Below are positions 31,393-41,686 of a stretch of 64,000 bases of DNA, piece after piece; position 1 is the stretch's first letter; every line of letters begins with the position of its first letter. Where the stretch lies: the NCBI GenBank assembly GCA_963813715.1, contig CAWFAK010000016.1, positions 256,001 to 320,000 on the forward strand. Direction: 5' to 3'. Both the position numbers and the translations under genes were made by a program. The notes beneath the pieces are model-generated. The model saw only the letters and a list, made by a program, of their open reading frames with translations. It had not been told where the DNA came from and searched no databases. The stretch is from an uncultured Planctomycetaceae bacterium (GTDB lineage: Bacteria > Planctomycetota > Planctomycetia > Planctomycetales > Planctomycetaceae).

Positions 31393-32520
31393 CTACGTGA
31401 GCCGGTTCCGGAACAGCCACGCGGCGGTCGGTAGCGTGAGCGCGGCGATCAGGGCCAACGGCCAGAGATCGCCCACCAGCCGGTCGAGCGTCGCCCCCTC
31501 CAGATACACGCGCTGGGCCATGTCGATGGCGTAGCGCAGCGGGTTGGCCAGCGTCGCGTACTGCAGCACCTTCGGCATGCTGCTGATGGGCGTCGACAGG
31601 CCGGAGAGCAGCGTGAAGGGAAGCGTCACCACGAACGAGTAGAGCATGGCCTGCTGCATCGTGCGGGCGATTGACGAGACCAACAGCCCCATCCCGACGG
31701 CCGCCATCAAGAACACGATCAGCCCGGAATACAGCGTGATGAACGAACCCGAGAACGGGATGCGAAACCAGAGCTGGGCCACCAACAGCACGTTTGTCGC
31801 CTGCACCATGCCGATCAGAATCGACGGCAGGGCCTTGCCAACCATGATCTCCGCCGGGCGAAACGGCGTGACGAGCAGTTGATCGAAGGTCCCCTGCTCC
31901 CGCTCGCGCGCCACCGACATGGCGGTGAGCACCAGCGTTTGCAGCATGGTGAGCGTGCCGACGAGGGCGGGAATCATATTCCAGCGGGTCTCGAGATTCG
32001 GGTTGTACCACGCGCGGGTGGAGACCGTGAGCGGCGGATTGCCCTGGCCGTGGGCCTTCCGCCAGTCGGAATTAAAGCCGTCGAGAATCACGGTGAGGTA
32101 ACCGGTCGCGGTGGCGGCCGTGTTCGAGTTGCGGCCGTCGGCGATGACCTGCACGTCGGCCCCCAGCCCCGTTTCCAGTCGCCGCTCGAAATCCTGCTCG
32201 AACTGAATGGCGAGGAGCGCCTGCCGCTCGTCGATGGCCGCCTTGAGGTCTTCCTGGCGGGCGAGGTTGGCGACGCGATGAAAGATGCCCGTGCCGTCGA
32301 GGGCCGCCAGAAAATCGCGCGACGTGTGGCTGCGATCCTGATCGAGGACGACGTACGGAACGTCGAACAGGTCGTAGGTGGCCGCGTAGCCGAAGACGAA
32401 GCATTGAATCATCGGCGGCGCGATCAGCGTGAACCGGCCGCGCGGATCCTTGAGGACGGCGATCAGCTCTTTCCGCGTCAGAGCCAGAATTCGCAAGAGC
32501 GAAGCAAACATGGTCGACAA
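31393..32520 (-). CDS. ABC-2 exporter permease, YbhR-like
   Basis: FGYAATYD, DGRNSN, WYNPNL and AREREQGTFDQLLVTP. Confidence 0.9.
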   Translation of the reverse strand: MSTMFASLLRILALTRKELIAVLKDPRGRFTLIAPPMIQCFVFGYAATYDLFDVPYVVLDQDRSHTSRDFLAALDGTGIFHRVANLARQEDLKAAIDERQALLAIQFEQDFERRLETGLGADVQVIADGRNSNTAATATGYLTVILDGFNSDWRKAHGQGNPPLTVSTRAWYNPNLETRWNMIPALVGTLTMLQTLVLTAMSVAREREQGTFDQLLVTPFRPAEIMVGKALPSILIGMVQATNVLLVAQLWFRIPFSGSFITLYSGLIVFLMAAVGMGLLVSSIARTMQQAMLYSFVVTLPFTLLSGLSTPISSMPKVLQYATLANPLRYAIDMAQRVYLEGATLDRLVGDLWPLALIAALTLPTAAWLFRNRLT

Positions 32521-32536
32521 TCTCTCGGAAAACCGA

Positions 32537-33724
32537 TCAGGCGAGACGCTTTCGCGTCACTCCCCGCGTCAAAATCGCCAAAACGGCCGTCATGGCGACG
32601 AGCATGGCTGCGTTGGGGACGATCACCGGCCACACGTCGCCGGCCAAAAAAACTGTTTGCAAGAGCGCCACGTAGTACCGGGCCGGCAGCGCGTACGTGA
32701 CCAATCGCAGGGCCGCCGGCATGCTGCGGATGTCGAATAGAAAGCCGGAGAGCATCATGGCCGGCAGGAACGTGACGAGCAGGGCCAGCTGGCTCGCCAC
32801 GAACTGGCTTTTCACCAGCGAAGAGATCAACAGGCCGATGCCCAGCGAGACGAGGAGATACAACATTGACGCACCGGTGAGTACCCAGAGCGAACCGCGG
32901 ATCGGCACGTGGAACAGGAACTTGGCTGCCAGCACGCACAGCACAAAGCCGACCAGCCCGAGCAGAAAATACGGGATCGTTTTGCCGAGCAAAATTTCGT
33001 CGGAGCGGACGGGCGTGACGAACAGGGCCTCGAGCGTGCCGTGCTCCCATTCGCGGGCCATCACGAGCGCGGTGAGCATCGCCCCGATCAGCGTCATCAC
33101 CAGCACGATCAGTCCGGGCACGAGGAACCAGCGGCTCTCGTTGGCCGAGTTGAACCAGAGCTGGCTTTGAATGTTGATCGGCCCGGCGACGACCGGTTCG
33201 CCCGCGGCCGCCCGCCGTGCCAGGTATTCGCCGATGGCTGCCTCGGCGTAGCCCTGCATGATGCGGGCCCGATTGGCGTCGGTGCCGTGAACGAGAATCT
33301 GGACTTCGGCGTTTCCCAGCGCGAGCCGCCGGGAGAAATCCGATTGCACGTGCAGGATGCCGTCGACCTTGCGGTTGAGCATCAGCTCGCGGGCCTCGAC
33401 CATCGAATTGACGTAGCGGGCGACGAAGTATCGCGAGAGTTGGAAGCCGGCGGCCATTTCCGTGGCGTCGGCCGAGCGATCGTCGATGACCAGCGCCACC
33501 CGCACGTCTTTCACATCGAGCGACAGGCCGTAGCCGAAGAGCAAAATCAAAATCACGGGCAAGACGACGCCGATGGCGATGCTGCTCGGATCGCGGACGA
33601 CCTGTCGTCCCTCTTTGCGAACGAGCGAAGCGATGCGACGCAGCTTGCCGCCGCGGTGCGGTGCCCGGTCTTTCGCTTGTTTTGGCGATGGGCGGCGCTC
33701 TGCCGGCGCGGCGTCGTCGTTCAT
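32537..33724 (-). CDS. ABC-2 exporter permease, YbhS-like
   Basis: LFGYGLSLD, WFN...SRWFLVPG and AREWEHGTLEALFVTP. Confidence 0.9.
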   Translation of the reverse strand: MNDDAAPAERRPSPKQAKDRAPHRGGKLRRIASLVRKEGRQVVRDPSSIAIGVVLPVILILLFGYGLSLDVKDVRVALVIDDRSADATEMAAGFQLSRYFVARYVNSMVEARELMLNRKVDGILHVQSDFSRRLALGNAEVQILVHGTDANRARIMQGYAEAAIGEYLARRAAAGEPVVAGPINIQSQLWFNSANESRWFLVPGLIVLVMTLIGAMLTALVMAREWEHGTLEALFVTPVRSDEILLGKTIPYFLLGLVGFVLCVLAAKFLFHVPIRGSLWVLTGASMLYLLVSLGIGLLISSLVKSQFVASQLALLVTFLPAMMLSGFLFDIRSMPAALRLVTYALPARYYVALLQTVFLAGDVWPVIVPNAAMLVAMTAVLAILTRGVTRKRLA

Positions 33725-35564
33725 GCGGCCCCTCCCTGCCGTTCTGCCGTATTGCCGTTCTGCTTACCGTTGTGGTTGCCCGAGCGGGCCTCTTCGACGA
33801 TGGCAATGAAGGCGTCTTCCATGTTCGCCGGACGACCCGGTTCGGGATGGGCGTGACGGCGGACTTCGGCCGGCGTTCCCTGCGCGAGCACCTGGCCCGC
33901 ATCGAGAATGGCAATCCGGTCGCAGTACTCGGCCTCTTCCATAAAGTGCGTGGTGATGATGACGGTCACGCCCTGGCGGGCGAGTGCCGTGATGCGTTGC
34001 CAGAATTCGCGGCGGGCCAGTGGGTCGACGCCGCTGGTCGGCTCGTCGAGGAACAGGGTGTCGGGCTCGTGCAGGAGCGCGGCCGCCATCGAAAGCCGTT
34101 GCTTGAAGCCGCCGGGCAGTTGGCCGCTGGTCAAGCGCGAGAGTGACTTGAGCTCGAACTGATCGAGGGCCCATTCGATTCGCTCGCGTTTGCGCCGTCC
34201 ACGCAGGCCGTAGGCGCTGCCGTAAAAGTCGAGGTTCTGGATGACGGTCAACTGGCCATAGAGCGAGAATTTTTGGGCGACGTAGCCGATCCGCTCGCGA
34301 GCCGAGGCGCGGGCGTGTCGCAAATCGACCCCCGCCACGCGGAGCGTGCCGCCGCTCGCCGGTAACAAGCCGCAGAGCATGCGAAAGGTGGTGGTCTTGC
34401 CCGCCCCGTTCGGGCCGAGCAAGCCGAAGATCTCACCCCGATGCACCTCGAAGCTGACGTGATCGACGGCCGTAAACGTGCCGAAACGACGGACCAGATC
34501 GTGAACTTCGACGACCGCTTCGTGGCTGTCCCGCGGAATGGCGTGGGCCAGCGTCATCGCCCCGGCGGCGAAACTGTGCGCCGGCACGGCCTGCCGCAAG
34601 AGGATCATAAAGCCATCCTCGAAGCGGGGCTCGACGGGCCGCACATGCGCACGGCGGAGCGTTTCGCTCTCGTCCGACGGGCGTGCTCGCTTCGGCCACG
34701 ACCAACCGCACTTCCCCTCCTTCGGGCAGTGCGTCGACCACGCGGGCATCGCCCAGGAGCGCGGCCTGCAGCTCGCGCGCCGGCTCGCCCGCAGGTGGCT
34801 CGGCGAGGAACGTGCGGCCGGCCGCGATGCGACTGATTTCGGCAGGCGGCCCCTGCGCCAGCACCTTTCCCTGATGCATGACGACGACTTTTTGGCAGCG
34901 TTCCGCTTCGTCCAGGTAGGTCGTGCTGGTGAGCACCGTCTGCCCGTTCTCTTGAACGAGTTGCAGAATGATCTCCCACAATTCGCGTCGCGACAGCGGA
35001 TCGACGCCGACGGTCGGCTCGTCCAAGAGCAGCAGGGCCGGCTCGCGGATCAACGTGCAAGCGAGCCCCAGCTTTTGCTTCATGCCGCCCGACAACTGGC
35101 CGGCCAAGCCGCTTGGTGAAGCGGCCGAGGTTGGTCATCTCCATCAGTTGGGCGTAACGCGTCCGCCGCTCGTCGCGGGTGACGCCGTGCAGATCGGCGT
35201 AGAGGTCGAGGTTTTCCTGAACCGTCAAATCCTCGTAGAGGCCGAAGCGTTGCGGCATGTAGCCGATGCGGTCCTGCACGTTCTGCGGGTGCGTGTGGAC
35301 GTCGAAGCCCAGCACCTCGAGCTGGCCCGATTCCGCGAACATCAGCCCGGCGGCCAGTCGCATGAAGGTCGTCTTGCCGGCGCCGTCGGGCCCGACGAGC
35401 GCGGCCAGCATGCCCGGCGCAAGCTCGAAATCGAAACCCTCGAGGGCCTGCACCGGCTCGCCCGTCTCGCGGCGAAATGATTTCGAGATGCCGCGGGCGA
35501 CGAGCACGGGTGAATCGTGCACCGGTGAGTTTTCTTGCGACGAATTTTGCGGCGCATCGCTCAC
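33721..35564 (-). CDS. ABC exporter ATPase with two NBDs, YbhF-like (frameshifts near 35110 and 34700)
   Basis: GPDGAGKT, LSGGMKQK and LDEPTVGVD; second NBD GPNGAGKT, LPGGFKQR and LDEPTSGVD. Confidence 0.9.
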
Positions 35565-36647
35565 GGAGCGTCCTTCGCCGTCCCAGACTTCGGCTGGGGC
35601 TTGGGCTCGGCCGCGGCATCTGTCGACGAAGAAGCGTGACGGCGCGTCTTTGCCCGCGAGCGGCAAGTGCACGGTGGCCGGCATCCCCAGCGGCAGCTCG
35701 TTCTTGGGGTCTTTCACGAAGGCCCGCACTTCGTAAACCAGGCTCGTGCGAAGCTCTTCGGTTTGCACCGATTTCGGCGTGAACTCGGCGATCGGCGAGA
35801 TGAAGCCGATCCAGCCCTCGAACGTGCGGTTGGGGAAACTATCGACCTCGATCGTGGCCGGCATGCCTTCGCGGACCTTGCCCAGGTTGATCTCCGACAC
35901 GTAGGCCCGCACCCACTTCGGATCGATGACGGCCAGCGAGAAGACGGGCTTGGTGGGAGAGGCCATGTCGCCGGGCTCCATCAGCCGCGTGCGGACGATC
36001 GAATCGGCCGGGGCGAGGAGCTGCGCGTCGACGAGCTGCTGCCGCAGGTAGGCCAACTGCGCCTCGTCGGCTTTGAGACGCGCCTCGTTCTCCGCGACTT
36101 CTTCTTTGCGCGGGCCGAGGACCGACAGCTCAAGCGCTTTGTTCAGTGCGTCGAGCCGCGCGTCGGCGGTTTCGGCGGCCGCCTTCGCGTTGTCGACGTC
36201 CTGCTGGCTGATCGCCTCCCCCTTCGACTGCTTCGAGAGATTCGTCATCCGGTTGTATTGGATGTGGGCGTTTGCCGCGTCGGCCTTGGTCGCCTCCATG
36301 TTGGCCTTGGCCTGCGCGATTTCTTCCGGCCGACTGCCGTGATGGAGTCGATCGACCACGGCTCGCTGCGCGTTGACGGTGGCCTCGACCTGGGCGACTT
36401 GCGGCTGAATCCGCCGGGTATCGACGCGGGCCAGCAGCTGCCCCTTCTTCACGCGGTCCCCCTCTTGGACGAGAACCTCGGTGATCCGCTCGTTGTTGTT
36501 GAACGCCAACTGCACCTGGCGGAGGTCGAGATTTCCGAAGAGCTTGAGCTCGGTGGCGGAGCTTTCGCGCTGATTGAGCCACCAGGTCGCGCCGGCCGCG
36601 GCGCCGATGACCAGGATCAACAGGACGAACAGCCCCACCCGTCTCAT
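35561..36647 (-). CDS. HlyD family membrane fusion protein, YbhG-like (frameshift near 35630)
   Basis: N-terminal TM, EGDRVKKGQLLA, GSRPEEI, AEFTPKSVQTEELRT and GMPATV; alternate frame ends KDAP* with a GTGA overlap. Confidence 0.9.
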
Positions 36648-36884
36648 CGCTTACCCCTCGGTCCCGAAAGGCGACTTCCCGAATGAATGTGCCGGCATCG
36701 CGCAATGCGGCTCGACGCTCCCGGTCCCAGCAACCGGATGCGAAAGATCCACCGCCGGCACGTCCGCCGATCGGAATGTCGCGGACGGCAAAGCGAATGT
36801 CCAGCGGGGGGCGACGTCGCGGGGTCAGATCGCGCAAGCGACTTCGCTGGGGGCGCGCAGACGCTCGACAAGAGTACGGCCGAA

Positions 36885-37319
36885 TCAGGCGCGGCCGTGG
36901 ATGTACTCGGTCATCACGTGGATCGTGACTTCCTGGCTGTGAGCCTCGTAGGCGTTCAGGTCGCCGATCGAAATCACGCCATGCAGACCTTCGTCGTCGA
37001 CCACGGGCAGGTGGCGGACGCGGCGGTCCTTCATCACGGACCGCGCTTCGTCGATCGTCGTGTGAAGCTGGCAGCAGAGAATTTCGGTCGTCATCACGTC
37101 TTCGACGGGAGTTTTGCCGGCGTCACGCTGTTCGGCCAGCACCCGCTGCAGCAGGTCGCGTTCGGTAATGATGCCGACGACGCGGTCGCCGTCCAGCACC
37201 ATCAGCGAGCCCACTTTCTGCTGGTTCATCGCCACGGCGGCATCCAGTGCGCTCTCGCGCGGGCCGATCGTCGCCACTCCGGGATTCTTGTGCGAAAGGA
37301 TTTCGCGAACGGTACACAT
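36885..37319 (-). CDS. CBS domain protein
   Basis: VGIITERDL, VEDVMT, VRHLPVVD and GVISIGDL. Confidence 0.9.
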   Translation of the reverse strand: MCTVREILSHKNPGVATIGPRESALDAAVAMNQQKVGSLMVLDGDRVVGIITERDLLQRVLAEQRDAGKTPVEDVMTTEILCCQLHTTIDEARSVMKDRRVRHLPVVDDEGLHGVISIGDLNAYEAHSQEVTIHVMTEYIHGRA

Positions 37320-37468
37320 CGACGACTCCTTTTCAGCGAACGACCCGCAGCTACAATCAGGCTCGTCCCGCCGTCATGCATCCACGGCCGGACTCGGTCA
37401 ACAGCCGGATTCAGTAAACAGCGCCAACATCGGCAAGTCAAAAGGAAACTGCGCGACGTCCGCGTGAT

Positions 37469-38050
37469 ATGCAACGAATTTCGATCATCGGCACGACCGG
37501 CTCTGGAAAAACCACGCTCGCGGCTGAGCTCGCGCGAAATTTGGGGATCGTCCATATCGAGCTGGATGCGTTCAATTGGCGCCCCGGCTGGCAGGCCGTT
37601 CCGACGGATGTCTTTCGGCGGGACGTCGAGACCGCTCTCGCCGCCCCCCAATGGGTGACTGACGGCAACTATCATTCCGTTCGCGATCTCGTGTGGGAAC
37701 GGGCAGACTGCATAGTCTGGCTGGACTATCGCTTGCCGCTCATCCTGACTCGGCTGATCCGGCGAACGGCCCGGCGAATTGTTTACCGGGAGCGCTGCTG
37801 CAACGGCAATCGCGAAAACCTGCGGCTGCTCCTGTCCCGCGACTCGATCATTCTCTGGGCGCTCACGACGCACGGCCGCCGACGCCGCGAGTGTCCGGAA
37901 CTGCTGCGGCAGTGTGCCGATCAGGGAAAGACCGTGGTGATTCACCGCTCGCCGACGGAGACGCGAACGTGGGTCGACGCCCTGCGGCGAGGCGCGAGCC
38001 GGTCGTTCCGTCAGCCTGATCCGGCCTGGTGCTGCGCCAATGCGCCGTAG
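37469..38050 (+). CDS. Adenylate kinase-like P-loop protein (FlaR-like)
   Basis: IIGTTGSGKTT, ELDA..W.PGW, WVTDGNY and CNGNRE. Confidence 0.85.
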   Translation: MQRISIIGTTGSGKTTLAAELARNLGIVHIELDAFNWRPGWQAVPTDVFRRDVETALAAPQWVTDGNYHSVRDLVWERADCIVWLDYRLPLILTRLIRRTARRIVYRERCCNGNRENLRLLLSRDSIILWALTTHGRRRRECPELLRQCADQGKTVVIHRSPTETRTWVDALRRGASRSFRQPDPAWCCANAP

Positions 38051-38149
38051 GGCAAGGTGCCTGCCAGCTTGCCCGCTGATCACCAGTCCCCGATTTCCAA
38101 AGCCCTATGAATCCCGAGACATGGGGCAAGCTGGCAGCTTGTCCTACGG
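38045..38149. repeat. GTAG-type REP inverted pair (family B) between convergent genes
   Basis: CCGTAGGGCAAG-gtgc-CTGCCAGCTTGCCC at 38045-38074 versus the reverse complement of 38124-38149, CCGTAGGACAAG-CTGCCAGCTTGCCC. Confidence 0.8.
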
Positions 38150-38215
38150 GCGGACACCGAACCGGCAGCGCGAACTTGGTATGCCTCCCGCACACGGGTC
38201 TTGAGGCAAAGCCCC

Positions 38216-39692
38216 TCAGTCCCCCAGCGTCGATTTGCGCCGCAGGATGTGATGGTAGTGCTGGGCGAAGCGGTGGGCTTCGTCGCGGACGTACTGCAAC
38301 AGCCGCAGGGCGTAGGAATGACGCGAAAGGCGTCGCGGCTCGGCTTCCCCGGGCACGAAGATTTCCTCCTCCTGTTTGGCCAGCGAGACGACGAGCGGCG
38401 GCTTGACGCCGATCGCCTCGAGCGCGGCCATCGCGGAGCTGAGCTGCCCCTTGCCGCCGTCGACCAGCAGGATGTCGGGCAGCGATTCGCCCTCTTTGGA
38501 CAGGCGGAGAAAGCGGCGGCTGACCACTTCCCGGATCGAGGCAAAGTCGTCGACCCCCTGGACGCTGCGGATCTTGTAGCGTTTGTAGCCGTGCTTGAAG
38601 GGCAGCCCGTCGATGAACTGCACCAGGCTGGCCACGGTCTCGCCCCCCTGCAGATGGGCGATATCGACCCCCTCGATGCGGCGGGGCAGCTGTTGCAGGT
38701 CGAAGATCTTTTTCAGCCCGGCCATCCCCTTCTTGGGATCGATGTAAAAGACTTCCGGCTGCACGTCCTCGTCGAGCTTGCCCCGCAGGCTCGAGGTTGT
38801 CGAGCGCCTGGATTTCGTCGCGGATGCGGGCCGCCTTCTCGAATTTCAGCTCCTTGGAGGCCAGCTCCATCTCGGCCTTCATTTCCTTCAGCAGCCGCTT
38901 CTTCTTGCCGTCGAGGAACAACAGCAGGCGGCGGATGTTCCGCCGATACTCTTCGCGGCTGATGCGGAAGTTGCAGGGGGCCGTGCACTGGTTGATGTTG
39001 TAGAGCAGGCACGGTCGAAACCAGCGCCAGCGTTCGTCCTCGTCGGCGATGTCGAGCGAGCAGGTGCGAAAGCGAAAAATTTTCTGCAAAACGGCGATGG
39101 CCGCCCGCAGCTTCTTGGCATTCGTGAACGGGCCGTAGAGTTTTGTGCCGCGGGGCCGGGGCTTCCGCGTGAATTCGACCCGCGGATACTCCTCCCGCAC
39201 GCGAATCTCGAGGTACGGGAAGGTTTTGTCGTCCTTCAACTCCTGGTTGAAGCGGGGCTGCACGTCCTTGATCAGCCGGGCTTCGAGCAAGAGCGCGTCG
39301 ACTTCGCTTTCGGTCTCGATGAAGTCGACGGCCCGGATTTCCGGGACCAGGTTGGCGGTGCGAATGTCTTCGGCCGCCGCCGAGTTGAAATAGCTGGAGA
39401 CGCGACTGCGGAGGTTGACCGCCTTGCCGACGTAAATCACGCGGCCGAGCACGTCCTTCATCAGGTAGACGCCCGAGCCGGTCGGCAAGGACCGAATCCG
39501 CTCGCGCAGCTCCGTCCCGCCGGCTTCGGTCGGTACCGGGTCGCTCGGTACCTCGTCAATCGGCAGCTGGTCGATCGGTGACGGATCGATCGGCAACTGG
39601 TCGTCGGCCGGTTCGGCTGGTTCTTGAGACAACTCCGCACATCCCTTCGCGGCACGCGCGGCCGCTTCCCGAATTTTAGGCGGATACGGCAA
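38216..39692 (-). CDS. uvrC: Excinuclease ABC subunit C (frameshift near 38790; start uncertain)
   Basis: GVYLM..IYVGKAVNLRSRV (GIY-YIG), FEKAARIRD (UVR), DIAHLQG, LVDGGKGQ and RDEAHRFA. Confidence 0.9.
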
Positions 39693-39747
39693 GGGTGCCA
39701 GAGCGGCCGGGGTGTTCGCTGGGCCCCAGCGTTTTTGTGAGCGGCGA

Positions 39748-40161
39748 TCAGTTGCGGTCGACGTCGATCTCGCGGGGTGGCCGAGGTCGCGGCGTCGGCC
39801 GCAGGAAGGCGCCCGCGATCATCAGGACGACAGCCGCCGGCAGCAAGAATCGCAGCGGAAAGCGGATGGCCAGGCCCACGATCATGACGGCGGCGACCGA
39901 GCGGGGGTTGAGGTTGGACCAGGCCGACTTCCGGGTGCCGGTCGGCAGGGCCAGCCACAGGGCGGCCATCACGGCGCCGACCCGCCCGCAGGCGCCTCGC
40001 CACATCACCGTCGCCTGGCTGGTCGACACGCCCGGCAGAATCCAAAGCAAGAACGCCGCCGTCAGCAGGCCCACGGCGACCAGCCCAACGAGCAACCGCC
40101 GCATGGCCGCGTCTGAGTTGTCCATAGTCTGGATTATTGCGGGACGGGCGGGCTCGGCCAA
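39748..40161 (-). CDS. Small hypothetical membrane protein
   Basis: Three to four hydrophobic segments; co-oriented upstream of uvrC. Confidence 0.55.
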   Translation of the reverse strand: MAEPARPAIIQTMDNSDAAMRRLLVGLVAVGLLTAAFLLWILPGVSTSQATVMWRGACGRVGAVMAALWLALPTGTRKSAWSNLNPRSVAAVMIVGLAIRFPLRFLLPAAVVLMIAGAFLRPTPRPRPPREIDVDRN

Positions 40162-40329
40162 TCGACCGACGTCGATCGACAGGAGAGAGTGCGACCGGTT
40201 GTGAGTCTGCGCGGCCGCGGCGACGCGGCTTGCCCAAATTCAGCGGATCGCCAAGCGCTCTTCTCTTAAATTCGAGCGCGAACTACACTTCCCGCGCCTG
40301 GGATAGCGGGAAAAGGGAGGTTCCCCGGT

Positions 40330-41686
40330 ATGGCTTTTGCGCCTCTGCGCTTTCTTCACGCGGCCGATGCGCGCCTCGATCAGGCGATTGGGGAAATCCC
40401 CAAGTTGCCGTCTCGGCTGGCCTCAATCGTCCAAGACGCGACGCGGGCCGCCTTCGACCGTCTCATCGGTTTGGCCACCGAACACGAAGTCGATTTTGTC
40501 CTGCTGGCGGGTAACACGTTCGTCGAGGCCGACAAAAGCCTCGCCGCTCGCCTAGCCTTGCTCGATGCGTTCGAGCAGCTCAACCGCAGCGACATCCGGG
40601 CGCTTGTGCTGCCGGGGCCGCTCGACCCGCTCGACGCCTGGCGACAAATCCCCGACTTGCCCGAAAATGTCACGCTGCTGGAGGGCGGGCCCAGGGGGGT
40701 GGTGGCCGTCAAACGCGACGATAAAGTCGTCGCCCGCGTCGGGACTGAGCTGGTAATGCCGGCCCGCAAGAAGGCCCGCACGCTCCGCGACGAGCTGCGT
40801 TCGGCCAGCCAACGCGCCGTCCCCTTCAAGATCGGCGTCCTCGCGTCCGGCGGCGAGCTCGACGACGCGACTCTGCAAGACTGGTATCCCGAAGGGCAGC
40901 CCAACGTCGCCGCGTTCGGCACGAACCACGACGCTAGGTCCGCGAATTCAGACGCTGCCGGCGCAGGGCGGTCGGGTCGTCGCCGTCGACTACGTCGCGC
41001 TCGGCGGCGGCTCGGCGCGGCGCACGTTGGCCCGACGACGCGGCATCGCCCACGATCCCGGACCGCTGCAAGGTCGTGGTCCCCAGCAGTCGGGACCACG
41101 CGGCTGCACGCTGGTCACGGTCGAAGCGGACGGCACGCTCCGCTGCGACTTTCTGCCGGCGGCTTCGGTCCGCTGGGAGCAGTTTGTCGTCGAAGTGCCG
41201 TCCCCCTTTGATCGCGCGGCCCTGTTGGCGGGTTGCCGGCCGCACCTCGACGGACTGCGGCCGGAAGCCTGCGAAAACGCCTGGATCTTTCATTGGATTC
41301 TCCGCGGCAGCCACCCGGCGATCGACGCGCTCGAAGACGAGCCGGTTCTGCGGCAACTACGGCAAGAACTAGCCGATGCGACGGCCGTGCCGAGCGCTGC
41401 CGACGCCGCGCACCACCTCACCGTCGAGGCGATCGTCGAAGCGAACGACCGGTCCGACACCGTCGATCCGTTGCAGGCGGACTTCGTCGAGGCCCTGGTT
41501 TCGTGCCACCGCGCGTCGCCCGACTTGTTCCGTGCGTGCGTCGACGAGCTCCGCGTCACCGACGCCCAGTGGGCCGACCGACTTGCGGGCCTGTTGGACG
41601 ACGTGAACCTGCCGGCGATCACGACGCAGGCCGAACAGATTGGGCAGCAGCTCTTTCGCGTCGCGGCGTCAGGAGCCGCTCGATGA
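40330..41686 (+). CDS. YhaO/SbcD-like metallophosphoesterase-fold protein with degenerate metal motifs (frameshift near 40950)
   Basis: FLHAADARLD, VLLAGNTF, LPGPLDP, DYVALGG and PGPLQGR..GPRGCTLV; overlaps the YhaN-like gene. Confidence 0.8.

Noticed and set aside
34605..36647. Apparent HlyD-ABC ATPase fusion (680 aa)
   Set aside because: An alternate frame ends the HlyD at KDAP* with a GTGA overlap onto the ATPase start, so the fusion arises from an indel near 35630.
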